Shown here in pieces: positions 1 through 12,689 of a stretch of DNA of 64,000 bases; position 1 is the stretch's first letter; each line of letters starts with the position of its first letter. This DNA comes from Octopus sinensis (lineage: Eukaryota), in contig NC_043001.1 in NCBI RefSeq assembly GCF_006345805.1, forward strand, positions 108,066,001 to 108,130,000, written 5' to 3'. The notes beneath the pieces are model-generated. The model did not search any database. It was not told where the DNA came from and saw nothing but the letters and a program-made list of their open reading frames with translations. Position numbers and translations under genes: made by a program.

Positions 1-24
1 CTATATATGTCCACTACATATTTG

Positions 25-310
25 CGCGTGGAGGCACATGGCCTAGTGGATAGAGTAGCGGACTCGTGGTCAAGGGATCGCAAGTTCGAATCTCAGACAG
101 GGCGATGCGTGTGTTTATGAGCGAAACACCTAAGCTCCACGCGGCTCCGGCAAAAGGTAATGGCGAAATTCTGCTGACTCTTTCGCCACAACTTTCTCTC
201 ACTCTTTCCTCCTGAATCTTGCAGCTCACCTGCGTCGGACCGGCGTCCCGTCCATGTAGGGGAATTATACGCCAAGGAAACCGGGAAACCGGCCCACTTT
301 AGATTATTAT
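25..310 (+). mobile_element. tRNA-SINE, head 1 + tail C
   Basis: A box TGGCCTAGTGG, B box GTTCGAATC; tail ...ggaaaccgggaaaccggccc. Confidence 0.8.
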
Positions 311-813
311 AAGACATATCCAAAGTGCTAGCATGCAGGATCGAAGCCAGGAATATGTAACAGCCTAATTGGTCTCTAATTACACGGCAGTGCCTGCACG
401 AGAAGACATGTTTAGAGGATCCTCAAGTACTTTCGTTAGTTCTTCAAAACATGATTGCGTAGATTGTTGCTGTTTACTGTCGGCACTCGGCTAATACTAC
501 TCACAAAATAAATGTTGATTTGGAAGCAATTATTATTAATTGCCTTTCTAATTAAATCCATCCTAATTAATACTTAATTGATGCAGCAATGGTGTCAGGG
601 TACTTCCGCTGTGATGAAATATATAAATATAAAGGACACACGTATTGACATATACATACATATACATATATATATACATATACATGCATACATACATACA
701 CACACATACATATACACATATACAAACATACATATATACATACATACATATATGTATATGTGTGTGGTGTGTGTGTGTTGTGTGTGTGTGTGGGTCTGTG
801 TGTGTGTGTGTGG

Positions 814-1123
814 TGGAGGCTCAATGGCCCAGTGGTTAGGGCAGCGAACTCGAGGTCGTAGGATCGCGGTTTCGATTCCCAGACCGGGCGTTCTGAATGT
901 TTATTGAGCAAAACCACCTAAAGCTCCACGAGGCCCTGGCAGGGGGTGGTGGCGATCCCTGCTGTCCTCTTTTGCCACAACTTTGTCTCACACTTTCTTC
1001 TGTTGGCCTGCTCACTTAGCCAGCAGGGTGGCTTCATTTGAAGGCTAAAACAATGCGAAGCACATTGTGACCAGCAATGTGTAGCAACATCTGATAGCCT
1101 GGTCGGTCACGTGATCACGTGAT
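814..1123 (+). mobile_element. tRNA-SINE, head 1 + tail B
   Basis: Same head as 41305; tail ends ...ggtcacgtgatcacgtgat. Confidence 0.8.
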
Positions 1124-1464
1124 ATAAAAATGAAAAGATATATATATATATAATGAGGAGGTGGCTGTGTGGTAATCAGGTTGCTTACTAACACCGGTTC
1201 AGTCCCACTGCGTGGCACCTTGGGCAAGTGTCTTCTACTATAGCCTCGGGCCGACCATAGCCTTGTGAGTGGATTTGGTTGACGGAAACTGAAAGAAGCC
1301 CGTCGTATATATGTATATGTATATATATATGTGTGTGTGTGTTTGTGTGTGTCTGTGTTTGTCCCCCCAACATCGAGTGACAACCGATGGTGGTGTGTTT
1401 ACGTCCCCGTAACTTAGCGGTTCGGCAAAAGAGATTTGGTTGACGGAAACTGAAAGAAGCCCGT

Positions 1465-1500
<36 letters not shown>

Positions 1501-1542
1501 AAATATATATATATATATATAACTATATATATATTAGATACA

Positions 1543-1573
<31 letters not shown>

Positions 1574-1625
1574 TGTATATATATATGTATATATTATATT
1601 ATATATATATTATATAAATATTATG

Positions 1626-1656
<31 letters not shown>

Positions 1657-1793
1657 TTGTATATATATATATATATATATATTGTTATATATGTAATATA
1701 TATATATATATATTATATATATATATATATCTATTATATATATATATGTAAACATAATATATATATATTTATACATATATTATAATATATATA

Positions 1794-1844
<51 letters not shown>

Positions 1845-1926
1845 ATGTGTATATATATATATATATATATAATGGTAAATATATATATTTATACATATAT
1901 ATATTTTTTGTATATATATATATATA

Positions 1927-1974
<48 letters not shown>

Positions 1975-1995
1975 TATATATATACATATATATCA
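1465..1995. repeat. Degenerate (TA)n tract
   Basis: Directly visible. Confidence 0.95.
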
Positions 1996-2179
1996 CACGT
2001 ACATTTAGAAGCATGTTTACACGTAAATGATGATGATGATTGTGTGTGTGCATGTGTGTGTATGTTTGTAAGTATGTATGTATGCATGTATGTATGTACA
2101 TCGTATGTACATACATAAATATATTCAACCTGCTTAGTGAGAGTGGTTTTTAGACATCATCTATCCTCATCTTGTTGCT

Positions 2180-2225
2180 AACACAACGTTTCGGCTTATA
2201 TACCCTCCAGCCTTCATCAGGTGCC
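2180..2225 (-). ncRNA. Hammerhead motif, inverted copy of H1 (sense to SDR intron 2)
   Basis: Reverse complement reads GGCAC-CTGATGA-A-GGCT...AGCC-GAAAC-GTT-GTGTT; intact core, 4-bp stem II. Confidence 0.72.
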
Positions 2226-2504
2226 TTGAGGAAATTTCGAACCTGGGTTCTCCTTCCTAAGGTAGTTTCAATGTTGCTGTTGTTGTTATTATTATTATTA
2301 TATTATTATTATTATTATTATTATCATCATCATTATTATATGCCCGCGGGCATATGGCGTAGTGTTAAGGAGCGCGGGCTACTAACCCCAAGATTCCGCG
2401 TTCGATTCCAAGCAGTGACCTGAATAATAATAATAATAATAATGATGACGATAACATTGAAGAAATACCTTAGGAATGGGAACCTAGGTTCGAAATTTCC
2501 CCAA

Positions 2505-2550
2505 GACACCTGATGAAGGCTGGAGGGTATATCAGCCGAAACGTTGTGTT
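2505..2550 (+). ncRNA. Type I minimal hammerhead ribozyme motif (family H1)
   Basis: GACAC-CTGATGA-A-GGCTG(gagggtatat)CAGCC-GAAAC-GTT-GTGTT: stem I 5 bp, stem II 5 bp, loopless palindromic helix III (AACGTT), predicted cleavage after GUU at 2545. Confidence 0.8.
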
Positions 2551-2711
2551 AACAACAAACTAGATGAGGACAAATATCTGTAAATAATGTACGTAATTCC
2601 ACATCTCTTAAATATAGAACTGTAAGCGCTTTCTTTTCAATAATCGAAAATTTCCAAAAACACAAACAAAAAAGAAAACGTTTGTGTGGCCGAATGTGCG
2701 TTTGTACTCAC

Positions 2712-2924
2712 TGTTATGCCCGAGATCGCTCCTGACATCTTTCACCGCTTTTTGTATCTGTTCATCGCTGACAACATCCAGTTGTATTACTTTGCTCTTC
2801 GAGGACATCTTTTCTCGCAACATGTTCGCGCCAGTTCCATCCGCAAAAAGACAACAAGCATACACAGAAAAGCCTTTCTGATCCAATTTCATGGCCAGTT
2901 CATGGCCAAATCCAGTATCGCAAC
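2712..2924 (-). CDS. Short-chain dehydrogenase/reductase, coding exon 2 (gene continues beyond window start)
   Basis: Acceptor ttctattatag|GT at 2925/2924. Encodes (G)CDTGFGHELAMKLDQKGFSVYACCL...VIQLDVVSDEQIQKAVKDVRSDLGHN. Donor A|GTGAGT at 2712/2711 (phase 1). No LWGLVNNAG-type exon 3 found in 1-2711. Confidence 0.93.
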
Positions 2925-4824
2925 CTATAATAGAAGTGGGAAGATATTTCTTTATAATAAGGGAATCTCTAGAGATAATAACTCTAAAAGTGATTTAATA
3001 GCACTGCTAACACAGATAGGACACAGTACTGACTTAGAAGCCTTTAAAATACTTGGTTGATATATTATATGATTGTAAAACGAAGGGGCGGGGAAAGACT
3101 TAGGCCCCCCCAAAACCCTTTTTTACAGTTTTTTCGACATAAGCCCCCGTTTTCGGCTACGAGAATCTGCAAAAAAATTGGCAAAAATCGGCATTTTTAA
3201 ATTACCACCCCCATTTCCTTCGTTTTTTGCTTTTTTACTTTTTTCAGAATTGTTTTTTTCAAAAGATGCAAAATAAATATGGAGATTATGATTCTGAAAA
3301 AAATTTCAAAAACTTTTTGTGAAATTTTTTTAAAGATTTTTTTTTTCTAAATAAATGGGAAAATACGGACATTACGACCTTGCGTTTCCCCCTTTGCGGG
3401 GGGTTGCAGTCGAGGAAATAAGTACCAGTTGAACTTTGGGGTCGATGTAAACGACTCCCCCCAAAAACCAGATCTTGTGCCAAAAGATTAGTAAGAATTA
3501 TTTAAATTATATCATTATAAGCTAAATATTCTTGATTAGTTGCCCTGAGTTTCACGCTACCAATTATCCAAACAACTGAAAGAAACAAAAACAGATACGC
3601 ACAAATATTCCTAAATATATAAAGATGTGATTAATTATCGAGATTTTATTGGTCTTTCGTCCCACGCAAACACACACAGAAAATATTCGAAATGTATGTC
3701 AGCCATTCAGTTGTCATATGCAGGATACGTGATGCATTTATTTTGTCACATGCACACGCACGAGAAATATAATTATTGAGCTTAATAATTATAAAATGAG
3801 AAGTAGAATGTTAATTAGCGTCTGACAAAAATTAAGAGTCTCCTCTTTCACCATTTCCTTCCAATCGGATTCTTGTAATTTAATTTAACACACAGGATTT
3901 CAGATGTACTCCGAATATTACTTACTCACTTAAGCCTTTGGATCATAAGCCATCGACGACCTTTCTTCACTGCCCCTCGATTTTGGATTGTCTTAAGGCA
4001 TTTCTCTCGCAGGGTCTGTTGATTCTGAATTGTAATTCATACTTTTGCAACTCTTCGTTTTTTCCTAATCAAATCCCATTTTACATATGGAAAGAAAGGG
4101 TCCATATTAGTCAATCCTCAATCTTTTGACCTGTCCAACAAGGGAGGAGTCCCTACAAAGATCTTGTACTCCACTGGCGCAGCTCTCAGGGTCATTGAGA
4201 CACACAAGCCCCAACATCGCGATAAGGACTGGACCTTGCAGTGGACACCGAGTTTTGAACCAGCCTTAAACAGTTTGTTGTCTCATGAAAGTCAAAAGCA
4301 GAGCAGGGTAATACTATAAGATTGCATTCACATTTTGGCATAAGGCCAGCAATTTTGTGAGAGTGGGGTAAGTCGATGACATCGACCCGAGTGTTCAGTT
4401 TTATCAACTCTGAAAAGATGTAAGGCAAAGTCGACCTCAGCGAAATTTGAACTCAGAACTTTAAGTCAGAAGAAATGCCGGTTAAGGAATTTTCCTAGCA
4501 CGGTAACGCTTCAGCCAGTTTATCCCCTTAAGATTAGCACCAAAACCCGAATGACTTATTCGGAATTCATAGTTTGCACGCATTCAGTCTAAGAGAGGCG
4601 GATCTCGGTTGTACTCTGAGTACTGGATCAACCTTCACAACTCGGTCGTTCATACAAGTTGAATGGAGATAACCTAACATTTATCGCATAACTCTTAAAC
4701 TGGGTCACTTGGCACTCGGTTAATAACGACACAATACCAGAGCGACGGGAACGTCAGAATACACGCTGGGTAATTTACTCGTTAGCTTTCTCTTCCAAAA
4801 CGTTGTTTGCCTTGTTTTTAACCC

Positions 4825-4825
<1 letters not shown>

Positions 4826-4891
<66 letters not shown>
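4826..4891. repeat. (TC)n microsatellite
   Basis: Directly visible. Confidence 0.95.
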
Positions 4892-4894
<3 letters not shown>

Positions 4895-5400
4895 GGTATT
4901 TCCTGACTCATAAAAAAACTTAGCATTTGCACCACTGTGAATTGCATTGTTCGCGTTCGTATCGAGAATTCACCCTAATTCTTTTTGCAAGTCCTAAGAT
5001 TCCCGGCTTTCTTTCGTTTTCACCCACAATAACGTCAGATTCAATCACATGGAATCACATGAATGTTCGTTAATTTCCATAAAATATTTTATTTATTTAC
5101 TTTCAACTCTATTGATTTGTAGTCAGTCACAAACACACAAACACACAAACACACACCTACACCCATTATCTTTCATATACACGTACATACATAAATACAT
5201 ATGCATACAGCTTTTTTGTATGTATATGTGCATATTAGCTACACATATATACGTATACATTTACACACGTCTATGTGTGTATATGCATAGATAACTAACA
5301 GACGGACAAACAGACAAATGTTTACAAGCGTACATACAAAAGCACACATTCACCCATGTGTGTGTGTGTGTGTGTAAAAGGTTGAAAAGGAATACACGAT

Positions 5401-5458
<58 letters not shown>

Positions 5459-5460
<2 letters not shown>

Positions 5461-5656
5461 AAAAAGTCAAGATAGGAAATGCTAAAATAATTTTATAAAA
5501 AAGAATTTCAGTACCGGTTTCGGTCATGGAGACTTATTCAACTGTTTCTCTAACTGTCTCTGTCTCTCTTAGTTGAAAAAGTCTCAATGACCGAAACCGG
5601 TACTGAAATGTTTTTTATTTAAATTATTTTAGCATTTTCTACCTTGACTTTTTTCC
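5459..5656. mobile_element. Fold-back element family H5 in (TA)n (SDR intron 1)
   Basis: About 85-bp imperfect inverted arms ggaaaaagtcaag... / ...cttgacttttttcc with (TA)n on both sides. Confidence 0.75.
5569..5606 (+). ncRNA. Hammerhead-like motif with U3-A8 core (family H5)
   Basis: TTAG-TTGAAAA-A-GTC(tcaat)GAC-C-GAAAC-CG-GTA-CTGA; palindromic helix III ACCGGT. Mirror copy at 5508-5544 has a broken core (TTGAATA). Confidence 0.58.
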
Positions 5657-5691
<35 letters not shown>

Positions 5692-5692
5692 C

Positions 5693-6043
5693 GTGGCACT
5701 CCGTCTTTTACGACGACGAAGGTTCCAGTTGATCCAATCAACGGAAGAGCCTGCTCGTGAAATTAACATGTAAGTGGCTGAGCACTCCACGGACACGTGT
5801 ACCCTTAACGTAGTTCTCGGGGAGGTTCAGCGTGGCACAGAGTGTGGAAAGGCTGGCCCTTTTGAAATACAGGTACAACAGAAATAGGAAGAAAGAGATA
5901 GAGAAAGTTGTGGTGAAAGAACACAGCAGAGTTCACCACCACCCCCTGCCAGAGCCACGTGGAGCTTTACAACGCCCGATCTGGGAATAGAAACCGCGAT
6001 TACCGACCGCGAGTCCGTTGCCCTAACCAATGGGCCATTGCCT
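5693..6043 (-). mobile_element. tRNA-SINE, head 1 + tail A
   Basis: Reverse complement is colinear with 41305-41692. Confidence 0.8.
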
Positions 6044-6071
6044 AATATATATCTATCTATATAACATCTAT

Positions 6072-6126
<55 letters not shown>

Positions 6127-6527
6127 ATAATATAAATATATATATATATATATATACATATATAGATATACATATACATACATATATAGATATACATATA
6201 CATACATATATATATACATATACGATATACCTATACATGCATGTTGTGTATATGTATACGTATATATGTGTGGCTATATGCATATATACACACAAAAAAA
6301 AGAGGTATGAATATGTATTTATATATGTACCCGTATATGAAAGATGTTGGGTGTAGGTGTATGTTCGTGAGCGTGTGTAACTGGCTACAAATGCATAGAG
6401 CTGAACATGGGGCGCGAAAAGTAAAGAAAATAAATAAATAAAATTTACGGAAATTGACGAACAATCATATGATCCCACGTGATCGAGTCTAACGTTTATG
6501 CGGGTGAAAACGAAAGAAAGACAGATT

Positions 6528-6627
6528 NNNNNNNNNNNNNNNNNNNNNNNNNNNNNNNNNNNNNNNNNNNNNNNNNNNNNNNNNNNNNNNNNNNNNNNNN
6601 NNNNNNNNNNNNNNNNNNNNNNNNNNN
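6528..6627. other. Assembly gap (100 N) inside SDR intron 1
   Basis: Run of exactly 100 N; true size unknown. Confidence 0.99.
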
Positions 6628-9244
6628 AATTCAAGGTGAGTGTATTCTGAATCAGCTACGACGACAAATGAAAATATTGGTTTCTTTGACTGGTATAAAG
6701 GTATCGTACATTCGTGTATTTAGTACGAACTTAATTTTAAGGCTTTTGTCTTTAATGAATAAATGAATGAATTATCATTTAACAACCGAGAAAAATGTGT
6801 TTTATTTTTATACAATATTTGTGTCCATGGCATTTGAATGGTCAAGAGTTCTGGGTTTGTTACAATGTTTGACCATTTCAGTTTTCAAGGAATTTAGACC
6901 TTTTATTAGCAGCCTAATACAGACCGCTAGGTCAATTCTGCGCAGACCAAAAGTTTTGTGCTCAGATTTCGGTGAATGAGTTTTCGAGAAATTATGGAGG
7001 ATTCTCATAGTGAGCGATCGATTTGCATTGTTTCTTTCAGTAAGCATATCAGAGCATTAATAGATGATGATATTAAATACTGTTTCACATGAACTTCTAT
7101 CTCTCGAAAATATGTTGTTCGCCTGTGTATATTTTACAGCAAAACAATATTGTTATAGATATGAGAACGAAACAGTGCTTCACTGAATTTCTGTTTCTCG
7201 AAAATCTGTTGTCTGCCTGCAATCAGAAAATGCAATTGTGATGCATGATGTTGAATACCTATTTATTTACTACCCACAAGGGGCTAAAAAACAGAGGGGA
7301 CAAACGAGAACAGAGAGAGGAATTAAGTTGATTACATCGACTCCAGTACATAACTGGTACTTAATTTATCGACCTCGAAAGGTCGAAAAGCAAAGTCGAC
7401 CTCGGCGGAATTTGAACTCAGAAAGTAGCGAACTCAGAAAGTAGCGGCGTGCTAACGTTTCTGCCAGCTCGCCGCGTTGATGTTGAATACCTGATAATAA
7501 AGTAAGCATTAACCAAACAATGTTGATATCGATATGAGCATATAAGTTTCAAGTTTGCTCCTTCATAGATCATTTAGGTTGAAAACCAGAAAAAAATTAT
7601 TTCCTATTTTTAGACGATTTGCAACATCAGGTCACACTTAATAGGCCAGCTACGTATACTACTACTACCAGTGGGTTTAGAATGCATTTTAGTATCGATT
7701 CGAACGGCTATTCAACTAATAATCCCAGATAAGACATTGAATTGCATTTGGTGGTAAGGGTCCAGCTCGGCTTGTTCAGGAGGGTAGGATGCATGGAATT
7801 ACCTTTTTGTCATCACTAATCAGATATCAGTTCTAGTCCTTAGTAACAAGAGGTCAGTAATAGTTCGAGGAGAAGATAGTCCCGTGGCAAATATATGCGG
7901 GGCTCGCAAGAGGGCCTTAGTGGTTATACATAACAAGGGCTCAGTGATAGCTGGAAGAGAAGATAGTCCCGTGGCAAATGTATGTGGGGCAGGGCTCAGA
8001 AGAGGGATGGCTTCTAATCGTGAATCATACAGTCTCTGCACTATGTGAACGGGTTCCCATATCACGTGAACTAATTGTTTTACGTAAGGTAGCAACGGGG
8101 AACAGATTTGCAGAATAAACTAACAAAAATGAAAAAAAAAGGCACAAAAAAAGCACCGATGCCTATAAGCATGGCATGTGAAGAGAGAGCGAGTTTTTCC
8201 AGCAGATGGATTGAGGTAACATAACAAAGCCGTCCGAACCATGTGTTCTGTCAGATGTTTACCATTCCTTCATTTGCGACAAATGTCTTCCACGTGGAGT
8301 AACAACAGTCTGAATCATAGGAAGGATATTTTACCATTCGGTTCTTGATATTTATCCACAGATCACATCTGAGCAAATATTTGATCAAAAGCGTTCTAGA
8401 CATGACCATCTCACATTCTTTCAAATATTGCATACCTGTAGCTATATTACGCTAAGGGCTTCTCCAACTCCAGGACAGAAGAGGGTTGCGATAAATGGTA
8501 GGTATTATTAGCAGCTCTGGCAGAAGGCGGTGAGCTGGTAGAATGGTTAGCACGCTGGACAAAATGGTTGCGGTGTTCTCTCCGTTTTTACGTTCTGAAT
8601 TCAAATTCCGCCCAAGTCGACTTTGCCTTTCATCCTTTCATCTTTTGCCGAAACGCAAGCTTACGGGGAAGTAAATTCACCAATACCAGTTGATGGAAGG
8701 TAGTGGAGGACTAACACTGACACAAATGACACACACACACACACACACACACATGACATATTCAATTACGAATTAAAAGCAGCGCTGGTCTTATAGACAT
8801 TATCAACTGCACATGTTCAATGTATACGCCTTGTTTGTTCGCCAGTTCGCTGCAGTATTTGGCTCTGGAGGCAACTACCTCATAACAACGAGCGTTATGA
8901 AGAAGTCGTCTCCCAAGCGCTACACAGCAGAGCAGCGGCAAACAAACAGACATATATTGAGTATGTGCGGTTAGTAATATATATATATATATATATAATG
9001 ATAAATCTCAGAGCGAGTTATAAACAGTAGCGGTAACACATCGTGACGCATATTTGCCATTTGAATATGGCTAACCCCTAAGGGTGGATGCTACTGTAGT
9101 TTGTAGCCCCAGGAAGATATCTCCTCCAGCTGGCTATAGACACACTATCTGTGTCCTCTCAGTATTTGTGAAGGGAAGTCATCCTCCCCGTCTTCAACTC
9201 ATGATACACACGGACCCGAGTTTCAAGGTGTTTACCTTTCATAT

Positions 9245-9351
<107 letters not shown>

Positions 9352-9906
9352 TAGTTCAAATTTACAGAAAACAAAAGACGAAGACAGGTGTAGGAACAAC
9401 AAACAGGTGCATTAGTTTGACGCGTGGGAAAAATGGAAAAATCTTTAACGTTTCGAGCCTATATACATATATATGTTTTTGTCTGTTTTTAATTTCGATT
9501 TGCATATGCTCGTCAATTCGCAACGTTCTCTTTAAAGTAAACTAAATCAAAAATTTTAATTGGGAGCAGGGGATGAAAAAAAATTTGGGTTTTTTTGGCG
9601 GGGGATGGTTGCATATTCATAATCTCCGACATCTAAAATGTAGGAATCCGAAAAAATTCTTTCAAAATTATGCATTTTTCAAAGAGAGGTGAGAAACTGC
9701 ATTAGCCCTGATAAAGGATAAACGATACATAGTGACATAGTACATACATACACACACACTGGTAGAACACTCCAATATAAACAGCAATTCGGTACAAGCA
9801 TAGCAGACCCGATATTGCTCTGTGGGACGGGGAACAAAAGCGATGCACAGTTGCAGAGGTCAGTTACCCAGCAGATATGAATTTTCTTTCATGTAAATAA
9901 ATACCT

Positions 9907-10113
9907 TTGACTACGGCCTTGCTGGAGCACTGCCTTTAGTCGAGTAAATCGACCCCAGGACTTATTCTTTGCAAGCCTAGTACTTATTCTATCGGTCTTT
10001 TTTGCCGAACCGCTAAGTTACGGAGACATAAATACACCAGCATCGGTTGTCAAGCGATGTTGGGGGGACAGACACAAACACACACATACACACACACAGT
10101 CACATATATATAC

Positions 10114-10152
<39 letters not shown>

Positions 10153-10306
10153 CAACGGGCTTCTTTCAGTTTCCGTCTACCAAATCCGCTGACAAGGCTT
10201 TGGTCGTCCCGAGGCTATAGTAGAAGACACTTGCCCAAGGTGCCACGCAGTGGAACTGAACCTGGAACCATGTGGTTGGTAAGCAAGCTACTTACCTCAC
10301 AGCCAC
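9907..10306 (-). mobile_element. SINE family X
   Basis: Reverse complement of the family consensus; in SDR intron 1. Confidence 0.85.
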
Positions 10307-10829
10307 AATTTTTTTTTTTATCTTTATAGTGAATTAATGCGGAGCGTACAGCTCTTGTACCTTGACTACAAATTCTTATTTTTTACATATAATCATAAGT
10401 AAATTACTTTTTGTACATACAAATTTACACTCACACACACACACATACAATTAGATATAATATTGGGGTTTTTGGTAGATAGAGCAAAAGAAACTGGTGG
10501 AGATTCTCCGTATCCAATCAATTAGTGGCACAGAGGAGATTTATTTGTAAGACATTCCAAAAATTCTCCGTATGAGGTGCTTTAAGTGAACAGATGCAAA
10601 CAGTTGCGTGTGCGCACCGACAGCTCAAACAACACACTAACTCAACTACATATTTACATTTACCGGGGACTCTCTTATCTCAAAAGCTCTTGTCGCTTTG
10701 TTAGCAAACGGCTTGGACTATCTCAGAAAGAACTTAGAACTCAAAGGAAAATATATATTTTCATATATGCATGTCTGTATGAAGGAAATAAAGGGGTGAA
10801 GAGAAGTGAAACCCAAAATGATAACTTGC

Positions 10830-11031
10830 CTGTTATAAGAACAGCTTTCCGTTCTGGATCAATGTAAGTCTTCCTGTTGAAATGCATTATAGCAGTCTGG
10901 ATAAATATCATCTGGATGAAGAGAAGCAACATTGAGTATGCAGATGAGAAAACAGAGTTCTGTAGTTGAGTAGATAGGGCCCAAACGCCAACCACCAAAC
11001 AGGTTCCTATGATGAATTTCAGTAGGGCCAT
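10830..11031 (-). CDS. Short-chain dehydrogenase/reductase (SDR9C-like: RDH/HSD17B2/BDH1 type), coding exon 1
   Basis: ATG at 11031 in strong context (ACG-ATG-G). Encodes a hydrophobic N-terminal anchor MALLKFIIG...RKAVLIT-G (67 codons + 1 nt). Ends at ACA G|GCAAGT (GC donor, phase 1). Splicing to exon 2 rebuilds the Rossmann motif ITGCDTGFG. Confidence 0.9.
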
Positions 11032-12689
11032 CGTTTCGATAGTGTTTTTTGCTAATGCTTCTCAGCGAATTTGTCGATGTCAGGCTTTGATGTTGAACTC
11101 TGATGATTGTTGTAGATGGTCAGTTTGAGGACATAATACGGTGCGGACGACGAGAGAGCTACATCGACACTAACGATAGAGGCTCGTTTTGCTTTCTCCT
11201 TTATAGGAAGCGCGAGCGAAGGAAAATAAAACAGAGGTTGTTTGAAAAAGTGTTTTTGTGTCACCAACAGGAAAAGTAGATTAAAAACAGCGTCGCCAAG
11301 GAGTGATAGCAAGAGAGAGAAGAGAGAGGGGGGAAGAGACAGAGAGAAAGAGAGAAAGAGAGAAACGGAGAGAGGAGAGGGGGAGTGAGAGAGTGATAGA
11401 AGGGGAAACATGTTGGCTCACTGACCAACAAATGACAGCAAACATTGAGTAGGAGAAAGAAAAAGGAGGTCAAGAAGAGACAGAGGGAGAAAGAGGACGA
11501 CGAGAGAGAGAGAGACACAGAGAGACAGAGAGAGAGAGACAGAGACACAGAGAGAGAGAGCACAGCGCGACAGTAAGACATGTGACACTTCTATTGATAT
11601 ATAACAGAAAACATCCCCGATATGGGATGGTAAACATTCTGCCAGCTATTACTAAAACAAACAAGAAATAAAGCAAAAATGTTGTGCGCAGTGGTGACAA
11701 TGTGACAGCTTTGTGTTTTTTTTTATCCTCATTTTTCTGCTTCTGTTTTCTTTCTAATCGTCTGACGATTACTATTTTATAAAAGTATCGTTTTGTTTAT
11801 CCAAATAACCGGTCTTGTTTTCCCTCTTTATTTCATTATTTCTGGGTTTTTTTTTTTTTGTGAATAAGTTCAAGGACGACCACACTCTAGTTACAATTAG
11901 AACCGGTTCCATATTAATCCAAAAGACAAATACATATTCACTATTTGTAGCTAATTTTTCCAAAATCGCTCGCTATTATTCTATAAAAGTTGCTCGGTTT
12001 TCGTAGGAAAGAGAATATATTAGAAAGTCGTAGCAGCAGACGTTATTTAAATTCTGAATGAAGCAACAGTGATGTTTTTTATTATTTTCATGGGGTGGAG
12101 GGTTAAATCAATGCTGGACCTCTTCCTGTCGAGAGTCCCAGATGAACCTACCTCACGGCAAGAGGTGCAAATGAGGGTAGCTATATCAAATTCTATTCTT
12201 CACCAAGTGCCACATTTTTGAGGAGGCTCTTAGTAATAACAGTGTAGCAAAACGGCAGTGCATCAGCATGGCCGCAGCTCTGGGCTGAAACTAGCAAAAA
12301 AGTCGAAAAAAATTAGTTAATCAAGAATTATATAATCCAATGTAGTCTTTTAATTTATGCTACAGAAAGTTTGAACAACAAAAACATTGAAGAAAATTTA
12401 ACTGCTATTTCTAGGAAATCTGGTAACCACATGGAGGCTTCCTTGGTTCGAAAAAACATTCTTACAATAATGTTAATAATGGCTTCTAATTTAGGAAAAA
12501 GATTAGCAGTTTTGAAAAATAAATGTAGTTGAATACATCGGTCCCAGTGCATGACTGATACTTATTTTATCGACTATGGAGGGATGAAAGATAATGTTAA
12601 CCTCAACGAGGTTTGAACTCAAAACATAATGAGCCGGAACACATATCACCTGTCATCTCTAGTGAAGGTGACGAAATAGGAGGCGAGTG

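Larger units (their letters stand above)
2164..2620 (+). mobile_element. tRNA-headed, hammerhead-tailed non-autonomous retroelement with inverted tail copy
   Basis: A box TGGCGTAGTGT (2355-2365) and B box GTTCGATTC (2400-2408), then an (AAT)n linker and an HHR-bearing tail (about 2420-2620). 2164-2338 is an inverted copy of linker + tail placed directly upstream of the head. Confidence 0.8.

Noticed and set aside
25-105. Functional tRNA genes at 25, 814, 2345 and 41305
   Set aside because: A/B boxes are present but acceptor stems do not close, and each runs into a repeated SINE body.
5459-5656. Classifying the (TA)n-embedded palindromes as Tc1/mariner MITEs
   Set aside because: One-sided tails, variable turn points, mirrored private variants and hammerhead cores do not fit. 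Only 50586-50834 has true mariner TIRs with a TA duplication.
6068-6766. ORFs spanning the N run
   Set aside because: Artefacts of the assembly gap.
8251-8435. Extra SDR exon (ctacag|GT ATG CAA...)
   Set aside because: Would interrupt the TGxxxGxG motif; available donors are phase 0, incompatible with exon 2; no recognisable homology.
11052-11411. Upstream ORF or further SDR exon
   Set aside because: Mostly a TC-rich tract, in a different frame from the SDR ATG; the non-ATG start makes a uORF unsupported.
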